Below the pieces are notes generated by a model. It was not told where the DNA came from. It worked only from the letters and a program-made list of their open reading frames with translations, and did no database searches. Below are positions 16,928 through 25,787 of a stretch of 33,546 nucleotides of DNA, piece by piece; the first letter of the stretch is position 1; each line of letters starts with the position of its first letter. The DNA comes from Candidatus Saccharimonadales bacterium. GTDB taxonomy: Bacteria; Patescibacteriota; Saccharimonadia; Saccharimonadales; JBBSJF01. The translations under genes and the position numbers were made by a program. The stretch is taken from NCBI GenBank assembly GCA_038257495.1, contig JBBSJF010000001.1, positions 1 to 33,546 of the forward strand, given 5' to 3'.

Positions 16928-17770
16928 ATGAATATACTCTTAAATAATCTACTAACAATAAGCGCAGATCCATCAGGTGGCAATTTTATCATTACCGGCG
17001 TTACTGGTCTTGGCTCTGCGGATATAAGAACCTCAAGCTTTCTCTTTAGCGGTCGCTCTGGTGGTATGGTTACAGACCAGCTTTATGGTTTTCGCACCGT
17101 TGCGATAAGAGGAAAAATAGGTAGTCCCACAACAACGCGCCTGCAACATAGGCTTGACCGCGCTGAATTTATAAACTCTATGCCACTCGGTTCTACATTC
17201 CCTGTCTATATAACCCTATTTGATGGAACCACATATCGAATTGATGTTAGCCTTACGGATCTCAAACTTGAATATAATACTCGTGGCTTTATGAGTGACT
17301 TTTTAATTCAGCTAACAGCTGGCGATCCATTCTTCTATAGTACAGATGGAGGCGATGAGCAAACCGCATTAATCACGCGCGTTACTCAAGGTGGCTATAT
17401 AACCCCTTACGACTTGCCGGTAGATTGGGCAAGCGGTAGCGCAGCAACTGTTATATCAAATACAGGTGAGGCTGTTTACTATCCACGCATCGAGTTACAT
17501 AATCAAGCTACTAACCCAGTTATAACTAACCAGACGACTGGCGAGCGCTTTAAGCTAAATATAAACCTCGTAACCAGCGATCTAGTTATAATTGATATGT
17601 TAAAACGTACCGTTACACTAAACGGCTCGAACATAATCGGCAATAAGTCTGTAGATAGTATCTGGTGGGGATTACAGCCTGGTAGCAACTCAATACTACT
17701 AGATAGTGATAGTGGTGGCGATACTATAACTGCAAATATATTCTGGCGTAACGGAGTGTCTGGTATATAG
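16928..17770 (+). CDS. Distal tail protein (Dit)
   Basis: Starts immediately after the tape-measure stop. 280 aa, in the canonical position. Confidence 0.6.
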   Translation: MNILLNNLLTISADPSGGNFIITGVTGLGSADIRTSSFLFSGRSGGMVTDQLYGFRTVAIRGKIGSPTTTRLQHRLDRAEFINSMPLGSTFPVYITLFDGTTYRIDVSLTDLKLEYNTRGFMSDFLIQLTAGDPFFYSTDGGDEQTALITRVTQGGYITPYDLPVDWASGSAATVISNTGEAVYYPRIELHNQATNPVITNQTTGERFKLNINLVTSDLVIIDMLKRTVTLNGSNIIGNKSVDSIWWGLQPGSNSILLDSDSGGDTITANIFWRNGVSGI

Positions 17771-17771
17771 C

Positions 17772-18833
17772 ATGACTCCAACACTTAAGTATGAGTTTGA
17801 GCTGTGGATAAATAGTGTCCAAGTTGGTGATATAACAAAGTTAATGCAAAACCGACGCTTCTCTATTACTCGTAACGCTAGCGAGGATTTAAGCTTTATT
17901 ATGAGCCTGTCTGCATTCGAGGGCTATTGTACAGAGCTTGGCGCAGTGCCACAGGCAGTATTAGAGACTTATGTGACCGATATTCGCGTTAAGCGTAATG
18001 GAAACTACCTGTTTGGCGTTCATGTAGTAGATATGCAATATAATCTCAATCAAGGCGAAGTAAACATAGAAATCAAAGCCACAGGCTTCTTTGATCTATT
18101 CGCTGACAGATATGTTACTAAGACTTATACACAGTCAGAGCGCGTGGCTATTGCAGTTGATCTTATGGCAACAACCCAAGCAGGCGATGCTACTAATGAT
18201 TATGGTGTAGACCCCGGTGTACTTCAGTACAGTACTGGCTTACTTAGTGATCGTGAGTATGTAGATCAAAATGTTCGCGATGCTATTATAAACCTAACTA
18301 ATCTCAGTGATGGAAACTTTGACTTTAGGTTTAATTATGATCGTAGCTTTGAGACATTTGCACAAGTCGGTAGTGACAGACCAGATAATAAGTTTACTTA
18401 TCCCTATAACATTAGTGGTGGCAGAGTAACTCACAGCGCCACAAACCTCTATAACTATATTATCGGGCTTGGCTCTGGGTTTGGAGAGGAAACATTACGA
18501 ACCGTAACTGCAGATGGAGCAAGTCGTGGGAACTATAAAACTAGGCAAAAGATTATTAGTTTTAATAGTATATCTGAGCAACAGACACTCGATGAAAATA
18601 CCTATGCTTATTTGCAAAAGGTAAAGAATATATTAGAGCTGCCGACTTTTAATGTAAGTGGAGTATTTGCTGACTTAGACGTTATAAGTGTGGGAGATAG
18701 AGTGCCTGTAGAAGTATTAGGGCATCCAGCATTACCGCTTAATGGCACATACCGTATCGAGAAGCTAGCCGTTGATCTAGATGAGAATGATGCAGAGGAT
18801 ATAGCAATAACAGTCGATAACTATGGCTTATGA
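17772..18833 (+). CDS. Tail-associated protein (Tal N-terminal-type, prophage-tail family)
   Basis: 353 aa directly after Dit. Confidence 0.55.
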   Translation: MTPTLKYEFELWINSVQVGDITKLMQNRRFSITRNASEDLSFIMSLSAFEGYCTELGAVPQAVLETYVTDIRVKRNGNYLFGVHVVDMQYNLNQGEVNIEIKATGFFDLFADRYVTKTYTQSERVAIAVDLMATTQAGDATNDYGVDPGVLQYSTGLLSDREYVDQNVRDAIINLTNLSDGNFDFRFNYDRSFETFAQVGSDRPDNKFTYPYNISGGRVTHSATNLYNYIIGLGSGFGEETLRTVTADGASRGNYKTRQKIISFNSISEQQTLDENTYAYLQKVKNILELPTFNVSGVFADLDVISVGDRVPVEVLGHPALPLNGTYRIEKLAVDLDENDAEDIAITVDNYGL

Positions 18834-19342
18834 CGAGATTAGAATTAGACCCAGCTAACCAGCTCGCAACTTTGCTAAAGCAAGCAGAGGATGATTTACG
18901 TCAGATTAAAACCAAACAAAAGCATAGTGGTTTAAGTGGCTTGGTCGGTTATTTTGTATCTACTACAAATACATGGGATATAAGCAGTAGTGCTAGCAAT
19001 GGTGGCGGCGATGTAGGCTATAGGACATTTGAGATAATATTTACCTCCAGTGGCAAGCAACCGTTCCCAGTTGAGAATGTCCAGCTAGATATACGCTTCG
19101 GTGGTACCGGAGAAGCTAACAAGCCTAAAGAGGTATTTAATGGATGGGGCTATACTGACGGGGTCAATAGCGCTACTATGTATCAGCGTAACCCTGAATT
19201 CGATAAAAGCTATAGTGGTAATCAAACCCAGTATAGATGGACATTTGGCTTTAGCGTATCAGGCACAATGACCTACTACATAAAAGTATACGCATCAGGC
19301 ACTAGTGACGGCGATATATTAGTAAGGCAGATAGCACCATAA
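18830..19342 (+). CDS. Baseplate/fibre-associated protein, paralog 1 of 3
   Basis: ATGA coupling. N-terminal helix plus beta-rich body, as in the next two genes. Confidence 0.4.
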   Translation: MTRLELDPANQLATLLKQAEDDLRQIKTKQKHSGLSGLVGYFVSTTNTWDISSSASNGGGDVGYRTFEIIFTSSGKQPFPVENVQLDIRFGGTGEANKPKEVFNGWGYTDGVNSATMYQRNPEFDKSYSGNQTQYRWTFGFSVSGTMTYYIKVYASGTSDGDILVRQIAP

Positions 19343-19866
19343 TGATAGACTCTAGACTGCAAATAGCTGAAAGCGATAACTTAGAGAGTAGAGTAGCTGA
19401 GGCAATGCAAGCAATGCGTGAATTAAAGCAGGCACAGTTTATTGGTTCTGATAGTATTAGATTTTACAAAAAAGATAGCGGAGCAGTTTATGACTGGGGC
19501 GGTGTGCCTCCTCAGAGTCAGCAGGCTGCTTATGTAAGTACGAAGATATTACGTGTTACTGCAACCGCACTTACTCAAAATGTATTGTTTGCCGATCTAA
19601 TAGCCGAGTTGCGCGTTGATAGCCCAACTGCTACTCGGCACACTATACTTAACTACATAGATGAGATATACGCCGATACAACTTACTTTAGTATTTCTTA
19701 TTATGCAGAGGCTCAAAATGTAGGATTTGAGAATGTGCAGAGCTGGACAGTTACATTAAACGCAGGCGATCCAGCAGCAATAAGCAGACCACTGAATAAC
19801 CAGTACATGAAAGCTTACGTTGTAGCCAACGATGATGTACAAATAGCCGTTACGGAGCTAAATTAA
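19342..19866 (+). CDS. Baseplate/fibre-associated protein, paralog 2 of 3
   Basis: TAATG coupling. Shares G-x-DSIR-x-Y with paralog 3. Confidence 0.4.
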   Translation: MIDSRLQIAESDNLESRVAEAMQAMRELKQAQFIGSDSIRFYKKDSGAVYDWGGVPPQSQQAAYVSTKILRVTATALTQNVLFADLIAELRVDSPTATRHTILNYIDEIYADTTYFSISYYAEAQNVGFENVQSWTVTLNAGDPAAISRPLNNQYMKAYVVANDDVQIAVTELN

Positions 19867-20300
19867 TGAACAATGACCGAACACCACCGAAAGAGCAGTT
19901 TGTAGCCAACGTCAAACAGCTATTAAGAGATATAGAGGACTTTAAAAGCTTTGCTCGATCTGGGCAAGATAGCATCCGTATGTATCGAGTCTTTAGTAGT
20001 AATGCTTCAGATAAATCAATGACTAATGTGCGCTTTAATAACACGCGTTTTAGATTAATATTCACTCCAGACGATGGCGCAGCTCGAGGATTAGTATATA
20101 AGATGGAGTATACCTATACTGAGGGTAGTGGCAACAGTGTTCAGATAGACCTAGAGCGTGAAAATGTAAACAACGTCGATGGCAGTCAGAGCTGGGTGAT
20201 TAGTGTTAGTGGATCTGATTTCTTTCCTAATTCATTAGTTACTATGAAGTTTTACTTTTGGTCTAGTGGCACAGGAACTTTCAGTACAGTAAATTTATAA
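19866..20300 (+). CDS. Baseplate/fibre-associated protein, paralog 3 of 3
   Basis: TAATG coupling. Contains SGQDSIRMYRVF. Confidence 0.4.
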   Translation: MNNDRTPPKEQFVANVKQLLRDIEDFKSFARSGQDSIRMYRVFSSNASDKSMTNVRFNNTRFRLIFTPDDGAARGLVYKMEYTYTEGSGNSVQIDLERENVNNVDGSQSWVISVSGSDFFPNSLVTMKFYFWSSGTGTFSTVNL

Positions 20301-20332
20301 AAAGTGATATTATATCATAAGGAGAAACACGA

Positions 20333-21313
20333 ATGGCACTAGCAACATCAAACAGAGACGGCGGTAGAACCAGCGAAAGCGGTCACCTAAGAGCAATATA
20401 TAAAGCATTCGGATCTGGTGTTCTACTTGGTCTTGCTACAACACAGCGTGGTGCTGGAGCAAACATGAGTGTTGATATAGCTATTGGCGATGCAATTATT
20501 GGGCGTTCTGATGGGACTTATGGACATCCGGCATGGAACGATGCAGTTTATAATCAGGTTGTATCTGCAGCCGATGTTAGCAACCCTAGACGTGACATTA
20601 TAGTTATGTATATTGATTACGCGAATGCCGTTACTACTACAGTAAGCAACAACACAAACGGTGTGGTAAAGATAAAAGTCGTCAATGGTACTCCAGCCGG
20701 TAGCCCAGTCGATCCAACCGATGCCGCTATACAAAGCTCTGTCGGTTCTGGTAATCCATATATTAAGTTAGGTAGAGTTCGTCTGCCTGCAGGCGCAATA
20801 AGCGTCACTACATCTGTGATTGATGATATACGCACCTTTGCAACGCCAAGCTTGGGCATCGGAGCGCCTCTGCAAATGGTATCTACAACATCATCAGCTT
20901 TAATTACTGGGACAACCGCAATCCCTATTGACGACACTATACCCCAAATAACAGAAGGCTTTCAGGTTATGACTCAAATCATTACACCTAAATCTGCTAC
21001 AAACATTCTAACCATAGAGATAGTGGCTCATGGAGCGGTTAGTGCAATCGATTTCTATACCTTAGCATTATTCCAAGACGCTACGGTTAATGCACTCGCT
21101 GCTACCAACACCTCAGTAGATGTAGCTAACGGTTCCTGTAGCGTACCTTTATCGCACTCTATGGTAGCTGGCACAACATCAGCTACGACGTTTAGGGTAC
21201 GAGTTGGTCCAATTAACCCAGCTAATACGCTCAGTTTTAACGGACGAGCTGGTAATAGACACTATGGGGCAATAACAAAGTCATTCATTAAGATCACCGA
21301 ATATAAAGCATAG
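20333..21313 (+). CDS. Putative receptor-binding tail protein
   Basis: AAGGAG RBS. Last large gene of the tail module. PRRDIIVMYID ... GTPAGSPVDP ... LGRVRLPAG ... IDDIRTF resembles fibre shoulder domains. Confidence 0.45.
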   Translation: MALATSNRDGGRTSESGHLRAIYKAFGSGVLLGLATTQRGAGANMSVDIAIGDAIIGRSDGTYGHPAWNDAVYNQVVSAADVSNPRRDIIVMYIDYANAVTTTVSNNTNGVVKIKVVNGTPAGSPVDPTDAAIQSSVGSGNPYIKLGRVRLPAGAISVTTSVIDDIRTFATPSLGIGAPLQMVSTTSSALITGTTAIPIDDTIPQITEGFQVMTQIITPKSATNILTIEIVAHGAVSAIDFYTLALFQDATVNALAATNTSVDVANGSCSVPLSHSMVAGTTSATTFRVRVGPINPANTLSFNGRAGNRHYGAITKSFIKITEYKA

Positions 21314-21326
21314 CAATTAAAAAAGT

Positions 21327-21641
21327 ATGGATGCTTTTTTACGTTTACCAGCAAAATTAGAGAAAAACCAATGGAAACTAGCCAGAAAGCGTGCTATTGC
21401 AAGTAAAGATCACATCTGTGCTATATGTCATAAGTTGATTGACGTAGAAGCCCCAGCATTCTCGCCTTTAGCGGTAGAGGTAGATCACATAGTACCTCGA
21501 TCGCGCGGTGGCGGTCTATACGAGATGGACAATCTGCAGCTCACTCACAGCAGATGCAACCGCAAAAAGGGCGCTAAGATGGCTGAGGATTATACAGGAT
21601 CAGAGGTTGTAAATCCTGTTCCACTGTCGAATAATTGGTAG
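21327..21641 (+). CDS. HNH endonuclease
   Basis: CAICHK ... VDHIVPRSRGG ... NLQLTHSRCNRKKG. Confidence 0.8.
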   Translation: MDAFLRLPAKLEKNQWKLARKRAIASKDHICAICHKLIDVEAPAFSPLAVEVDHIVPRSRGGGLYEMDNLQLTHSRCNRKKGAKMAEDYTGSEVVNPVPLSNNW

Positions 21642-21643
21642 CG

Positions 21644-21652
21644 TGTTATAAT
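21644..21652 (+). promoter_or_regulatory. Extended -10 promoter TGTTATAAT for the lysis cassette
   Basis: Exact consensus 3 nt after the HNH stop. Confidence 0.5.
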
Positions 21653-21679
21653 AAATGCAAGAGTACAGGAGTATAAGTA

Positions 21680-22396
21680 ATGGCGTGGAGATTAGCGAAT
21701 AGCTTAGAACAGTTAAGAAGTCAGATAAACTCTGCCTACCCGAATAGGAGTAAGGTAAGCGACGGCAGTATTGGGGATAGTGCCCACGCAGCAGTACCAA
21801 GCGACCACAACCCTAACGCACAGAGCGTTGTATGTGCCTTAGACATTACACACAGCCCAGAGGGGGGCTTAGACGCTCACGCCCTTGCAGACAAGCTTAT
21901 AGTCAACCGACACCCTAACGTGAAGTATGTAATATCTAACTCTCGTATTGCAGGAGCGTGGACAGGGTGGGGGTGGACACCTTATATCGGTGCTAATCCT
22001 CACAATAGGCACATACACGTTTCGGTAGGCGTAGGCGGAGAGGGAACATCGCAAGCAGGAACCTACGACGACACAACTAATTGGAATATAAAGGAGAAAG
22101 ACATGGTCACAACCGCAGGCGTACATTACATATTTGAAAAGAGTATCGGTAGAAGCCCTAACAAGGGTGAGTTAGACAGCAGGGTAGGCAAGTACACGTT
22201 CGACTACGTTCTTGGCGAGATGGACGGCTCACCCGAAGCCAAGGCTTTTAGAGCTTCTCAACTTAAAGAACATACCGACAAAGACGCATTGATAGCTAAA
22301 TTACAATCAGGGCAATCAGTAACCCAAGAAGAAATAGACGCATTAATAAAACAAACTGATGCGTTAAGAGAATCAATTAAAAAAGTCAATCAATAG
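21680..22396 (+). CDS. Putative endolysin (His/Asp-rich peptidase-like N-terminal domain)
   Basis: Lies immediately upstream of the holin-like gene. Contains GDSAHAAVPSDHNP and NRHIHVSV motifs. Confidence 0.5.
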   Translation: MAWRLANSLEQLRSQINSAYPNRSKVSDGSIGDSAHAAVPSDHNPNAQSVVCALDITHSPEGGLDAHALADKLIVNRHPNVKYVISNSRIAGAWTGWGWTPYIGANPHNRHIHVSVGVGGEGTSQAGTYDDTTNWNIKEKDMVTTAGVHYIFEKSIGRSPNKGELDSRVGKYTFDYVLGEMDGSPEAKAFRASQLKEHTDKDALIAKLQSGQSVTQEEIDALIKQTDALRESIKKVNQ

Positions 22397-22405
22397 GAGA
22401 TTAAT

Positions 22406-22678
22406 ATGGATATAACACAATACATTCTATTAGCAGCAGTAATAGCCGGTGTAACAGAAATGCTTAGTCGCATTCGAGCTAAAGACTACTGGGTAGCCAC
22501 TACGGTTGCAACATCAGCAGTAATCGGCGCAGTGTTCGGTGCATTTGGTATTGAGGGATTAACCCTCGTTACAGGACTTGCAGCAGGCTTCGGAGTATCA
22601 GGTAGCTTCAGTGCTATAGGCATGATACGTGGCAAGAGTGCGCCAGCTCCAAGCACTCCACTTACAACTAGTGTATAA
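22406..22678 (+). CDS. Holin
   Basis: 90 aa with multiple hydrophobic helices and a polar C-terminus, adjacent to the lysin. Confidence 0.55.
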   Translation: MDITQYILLAAVIAGVTEMLSRIRAKDYWVATTVATSAVIGAVFGAFGIEGLTLVTGLAAGFGVSGSFSAIGMIRGKSAPAPSTPLTTSV

Positions 22679-22710
22679 TTGCTATTATTAACTTAATAGT
22701 AAGGTAATAT

Positions 22711-22857
22711 ATGCATTTTCTCTATTCAGTATTAGTAGCCGTAATCGTGTACGCAGTAGGTTGTCTATTTGATAAGACTCCAAACAACATGTATGCCGGC
22801 ATAGCAGGTTTAATAACCTTTGTACTAGTATTTCTCGGCTTTGCTTTTGTACGCTAA
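22711..22857 (+). CDS. Small two-helix membrane protein (48 aa), possible second holin or antiholin
   Basis: MHFLYSVLVAVIVYAVGCLF ... AGIAGLITFVLVFLGFAFVR. Not in the ORF track (<60 aa). Confidence 0.35.
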   Translation: MHFLYSVLVAVIVYAVGCLFDKTPNNMYAGIAGLITFVLVFLGFAFVR

Positions 22858-23248
22858 TTATATATAGATCTTACCTGATCAAGACTACGACTGCCCTTAA
22901 GGGTATTGCAGTATATGCAACTAGGTTTTATATTGGCTAGATTAAAACGCATACTTGGATCTTTTGTTCGGCTCACAACGTGGTCTAATGTAAGATGATC
23001 TATATCAATGCGTACCGGACACCACAGATGAATTCGCAGGTAGCATTGCCAGTATGTAGCATCTATTGGCTGTGGATTCTTTCTGATCCATGTGGCTCTA
23101 GTAATAAACCATTGCTTTGTCTGTTTGCCAACCTTTTTATTGGCGTGCGTTTAAGCGCCTTTCTAGGGTTAGTATGGCATTGGTAAGGGAAGTGTCCATT
23201 CACACGACAGTGCTTGCATGGTTTCTTAGGAAATCTATCGAGCGACAA
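22854..23248 (-). pseudogene. HNH endonuclease split by a 1-nt frameshift in a homopolymer
   Basis: The N-terminal frame (TTG 23248) carries the zinc knuckle CKHCRVNGHFPYQC. The other frame reads KKVGKQTKQWFITRATWIRKNP ... DHVVSRTKDP ... NLANIKPSCIYCNTLKGS. The frames meet at the T5 run 23134-23138. Confidence 0.6.
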
Positions 23249-23292
23249 CTAACACCTCCATTCTTATAACGTAATTGTAACAGTTGCGCTTG

Positions 23293-23301
23293 TGTTATAG
23301 T
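23293..23301 (+). promoter_or_regulatory. Extended -10 promoter TGTTATAGT
   Basis: TGnTATAGT lies 58 nt upstream of ATG 23359. The downstream leader contains ACGCATACG, as in the conserved leader. Confidence 0.4.
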
Positions 23302-23358
23302 TAGTGCATAAACCATACGCATACGAGAACTACTCGGTAAAGAAAGGATAAGGCGCTC

Positions 23359-23844
23359 ATGGCAAATCATAGTACAGATGTAGAGGTAAAAACTTATATT
23401 GAAAAAATTGATAAGCTCATTTCTAACGATCTCAATCCTCGTAAAATTAACAAAAAGGCTTACGAATCACTTAAAAAGTCGCTGAGAGACTTCCCAGAGA
23501 TGAAACAGCTCCGCGAGATAGTCGTGGACGAAAACCTAACCATTCTTGGCGGCCATCAGCGCATCTATGCCCTTAAGGACTTAGGCTATTCTGAGGTTAC
23601 GGTAAAACAAGTGATCGGCTTAACCGACAAGCAGAAACGCGAATTCATAATCAAAGACAACACCGCCTCTGGTGAGTGGGACTCAGATATTATAGCCAAC
23701 CAGTGGGACATAGCGGAGCTGGAAGAGTGGGGCGTGCCTAATTTCAACTTCGGGGACATTGCCGATAGCGATAAGGAACTAAAACAAGGCGAGGCAAAAG
23801 ATTTGCACACTTGCCCATCTTGCGGAATGGAGTTTAGTGATTAG
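23359..23844 (+). CDS. ParB-like nuclease domain protein with a C-terminal zinc ribbon
   Basis: LNPRKINKKAYESLKKSL ... ILGGHQRIYALKDLG, plus CPSCGMEF. Confidence 0.7.
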   Translation: MANHSTDVEVKTYIEKIDKLISNDLNPRKINKKAYESLKKSLRDFPEMKQLREIVVDENLTILGGHQRIYALKDLGYSEVTVKQVIGLTDKQKREFIIKDNTASGEWDSDIIANQWDIAELEEWGVPNFNFGDIADSDKELKQGEAKDLHTCPSCGMEFSD

Positions 23845-23846
23845 TT

Positions 23847-24815
23847 ATGATTACTGGCTTAGGCATCCCATACCAAGGCTCTAAGCGTAAACTAGCACCG
23901 ACAATCGTAGACTTCATCGCTCGCAAGCAACCAACTACAAAACATTTTTACGACATATTCGGTGGAGGAGGCGCTGTATCATTCATTGCTCTGCAAATAC
24001 CTCAGTTTGAGACGGTTACTTATAATGAATTAAACCCGGCTGTCAGCGCTTTGCTTCGCCGCATAAAAGACGAGCAGAAACATCCAGGGCGCTATCCCCA
24101 TGAGCTTGGGGAAAGACTTAGTGATGATTTTTATGCTGCCATTACTAAAAAAGAATTTAAAGAATTTATAAAACGTGATGATTGGCTTGGTGGACTCGCC
24201 CAAACAGTATGGTCATTTGGCAATAACCAAAAAAACTATCTGTATTCTGACGAGAACAAGCTCCTAGTAGAGCATTGGCTAGTCTATCGAGACGATGACA
24301 GCAGACAAAAGGCAGAGGCATATTTCGGCATATCATTACCTAGCTACATCGTTGAGCCTAAAGCCGTATTTGCCCGCCGGATGCGCTTCGCTCGGTGGAT
24401 AAAGCTCAACAATATTGACCGAAGCCAAGACAAAATGCGCCAGTTAGAACTGCTGCAGCGAATGGGCAGGCTTATTGTTATTGAGCGACTGCAACAGCTG
24501 CAACAGCTGCAACAGCTGCAACAGCTGCAACTAAATTATGCGGATTTTGAACCTAAAAGTGTCAAGCCGAACTCCGTAATTTACCTCGATCCGCCATACG
24601 AAAACACATCGGGCTACGCAGTCGGAAACTTTAACCACAAAGATTTTTACGAGTGGCTAAAGCAATTTAATGTACCAGTGTATCTATCTAGTTACAACGC
24701 TCCTGATTGGCTCAAGCTGGTCCTGTGCCTAAAGCATAGGGAAACATTAGCAGGCTCGCTGTCGGGCGGCGGCGATGTTGATGAGAACCTCTACTGGAAC
24801 GGGGTCGGCTTGTAA
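23847..24815 (+). CDS. N6-adenine DNA methyltransferase (D12/Dam-like, alpha order)
   Basis: PYQGSKRKL, FYDIFGGGGAVSF (motif I) and VIYLDPPYEN (motif IV). Confidence 0.8.
   Translation: MITGLGIPYQGSKRKLAPTIVDFIARKQPTTKHFYDIFGGGGAVSFIALQIPQFETVTYNELNPAVSALLRRIKDEQKHPGRYPHELGERLSDDFYAAITKKEFKEFIKRDDWLGGLAQTVWSFGNNQKNYLYSDENKLLVEHWLVYRDDDSRQKAEAYFGISLPSYIVEPKAVFARRMRFARWIKLNNIDRSQDKMRQLELLQRMGRLIVIERLQQLQQLQQLQQLQLNYADFEPKSVKPNSVIYLDPPYENTSGYAVGNFNHKDFYEWLKQFNVPVYLSSYNAPDWLKLVLCLKHRETLAGSLSGGGDVDENLYWNGVGL
24489..24530. repeat. 9-bp tandem repeat (CTGCAACAG) x4.7, encoding (LQQ)n
   Basis: Counted in sequence. Contains four CAGCTG sites. Confidence 0.95.
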
Positions 24816-25066
24816 TGCCAAAAAAGCTAATCAAGCTAGGCGATGAAGTCGAGGATGTTGTATCAAAGGTGCGCGGCATAGTTCACGGCCATGTGCATTA
24901 TCTAGACGGCAGCGAGTACTGGATTGTGCAACCCCAGGCACTCGAAAACGCCGAACTTGCAAAAGAGATACATGTCAGTGTGGCTTATTGTAAGTGGATT
25001 GGTGATGGCGTATACCCAAAGCCAGTACAGCCAGTAGGCTTTTATGTAGAAAACGAGCAGGAGTAG
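24815..25066 (+). CDS. Hypothetical protein
   Basis: ORF track. TAATG coupling. Confidence 0.5.
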   Translation: MPKKLIKLGDEVEDVVSKVRGIVHGHVHYLDGSEYWIVQPQALENAELAKEIHVSVAYCKWIGDGVYPKPVQPVGFYVENEQE

Positions 25067-25069
25067 GAC

Positions 25070-25786
25070 ATGGCAATGCCTAACTTACTAGAGGGCAAAA
25101 CACCACTACAGTCGCGCTTCGTAATCAAAGCTCGCAAGCCAAAGCTAAAGCGCAAAAAGTCCAAGATAGCCGAGGCGGTCCACGAAAAGTGGTTTTTTAA
25201 TCTCAACCCTAAATACTTCGTACAACTACAGAAGGAATGGAACGAGAAACGATTAAGTATAGTACTTCCTAAGCTGGAGGATTACGATGCTTGGCTGAAT
25301 TACTTTAAAACATTACCACCTAACACTATCCGCATGCTTGCTGCGACCGGCATGGACATACTACCTACCGAAGCCTATGCAGCTCTCAGCCGGTGGCACG
25401 ACATCATTACAAACCCCCACCGCATAGATAAGATCCACCAGTCAGGACTTACTAATAACGGCAGGCGAGCCAAGGATCACAAGACAATCGTTCAGCTAGC
25501 GCTCGCAAATGACCGCCTGGGCGTTCTAAAAGCCACACGCGACCAAATAGCCGAAAAGCTAGAGAAAGGCGCAGGAGCGCGCGATACGGCTGCCCTAGCG
25601 CGTGAAATGACCGAGATCATGACACAGATCAGCGATTATGAAAAGCGAATCGGTCCAAAGAAAGACACTGCACTTGGTTACTTATTAGAAGATATGCCTG
25701 GAAGAATAGGCAAAAGGCAGCGCGACAAAGGTGCGCGCAATACAAGTTTCAAATCACGAGTAACAATAAAGGATGTAGAAGCTTAG
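25070..25786 (+). CDS. terS: Putative small terminase subunit
   Basis: Lies immediately upstream of TerL. Basic N-terminus and a helical C-terminal half. Product assigned from context. Confidence 0.45.
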   Translation: MAMPNLLEGKTPLQSRFVIKARKPKLKRKKSKIAEAVHEKWFFNLNPKYFVQLQKEWNEKRLSIVLPKLEDYDAWLNYFKTLPPNTIRMLAATGMDILPTEAYAALSRWHDIITNPHRIDKIHQSGLTNNGRRAKDHKTIVQLALANDRLGVLKATRDQIAEKLEKGAGARDTAALAREMTEIMTQISDYEKRIGPKKDTALGYLLEDMPGRIGKRQRDKGARNTSFKSRVTIKDVEA

Positions 25787-25787
25787 A

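Noticed and set aside
22995-23186. + strand ORF 22995-23186
   Set aside because: It lies antisense within the HNH coding region, whose two frames give clear HNH motifs. It has no RBS.
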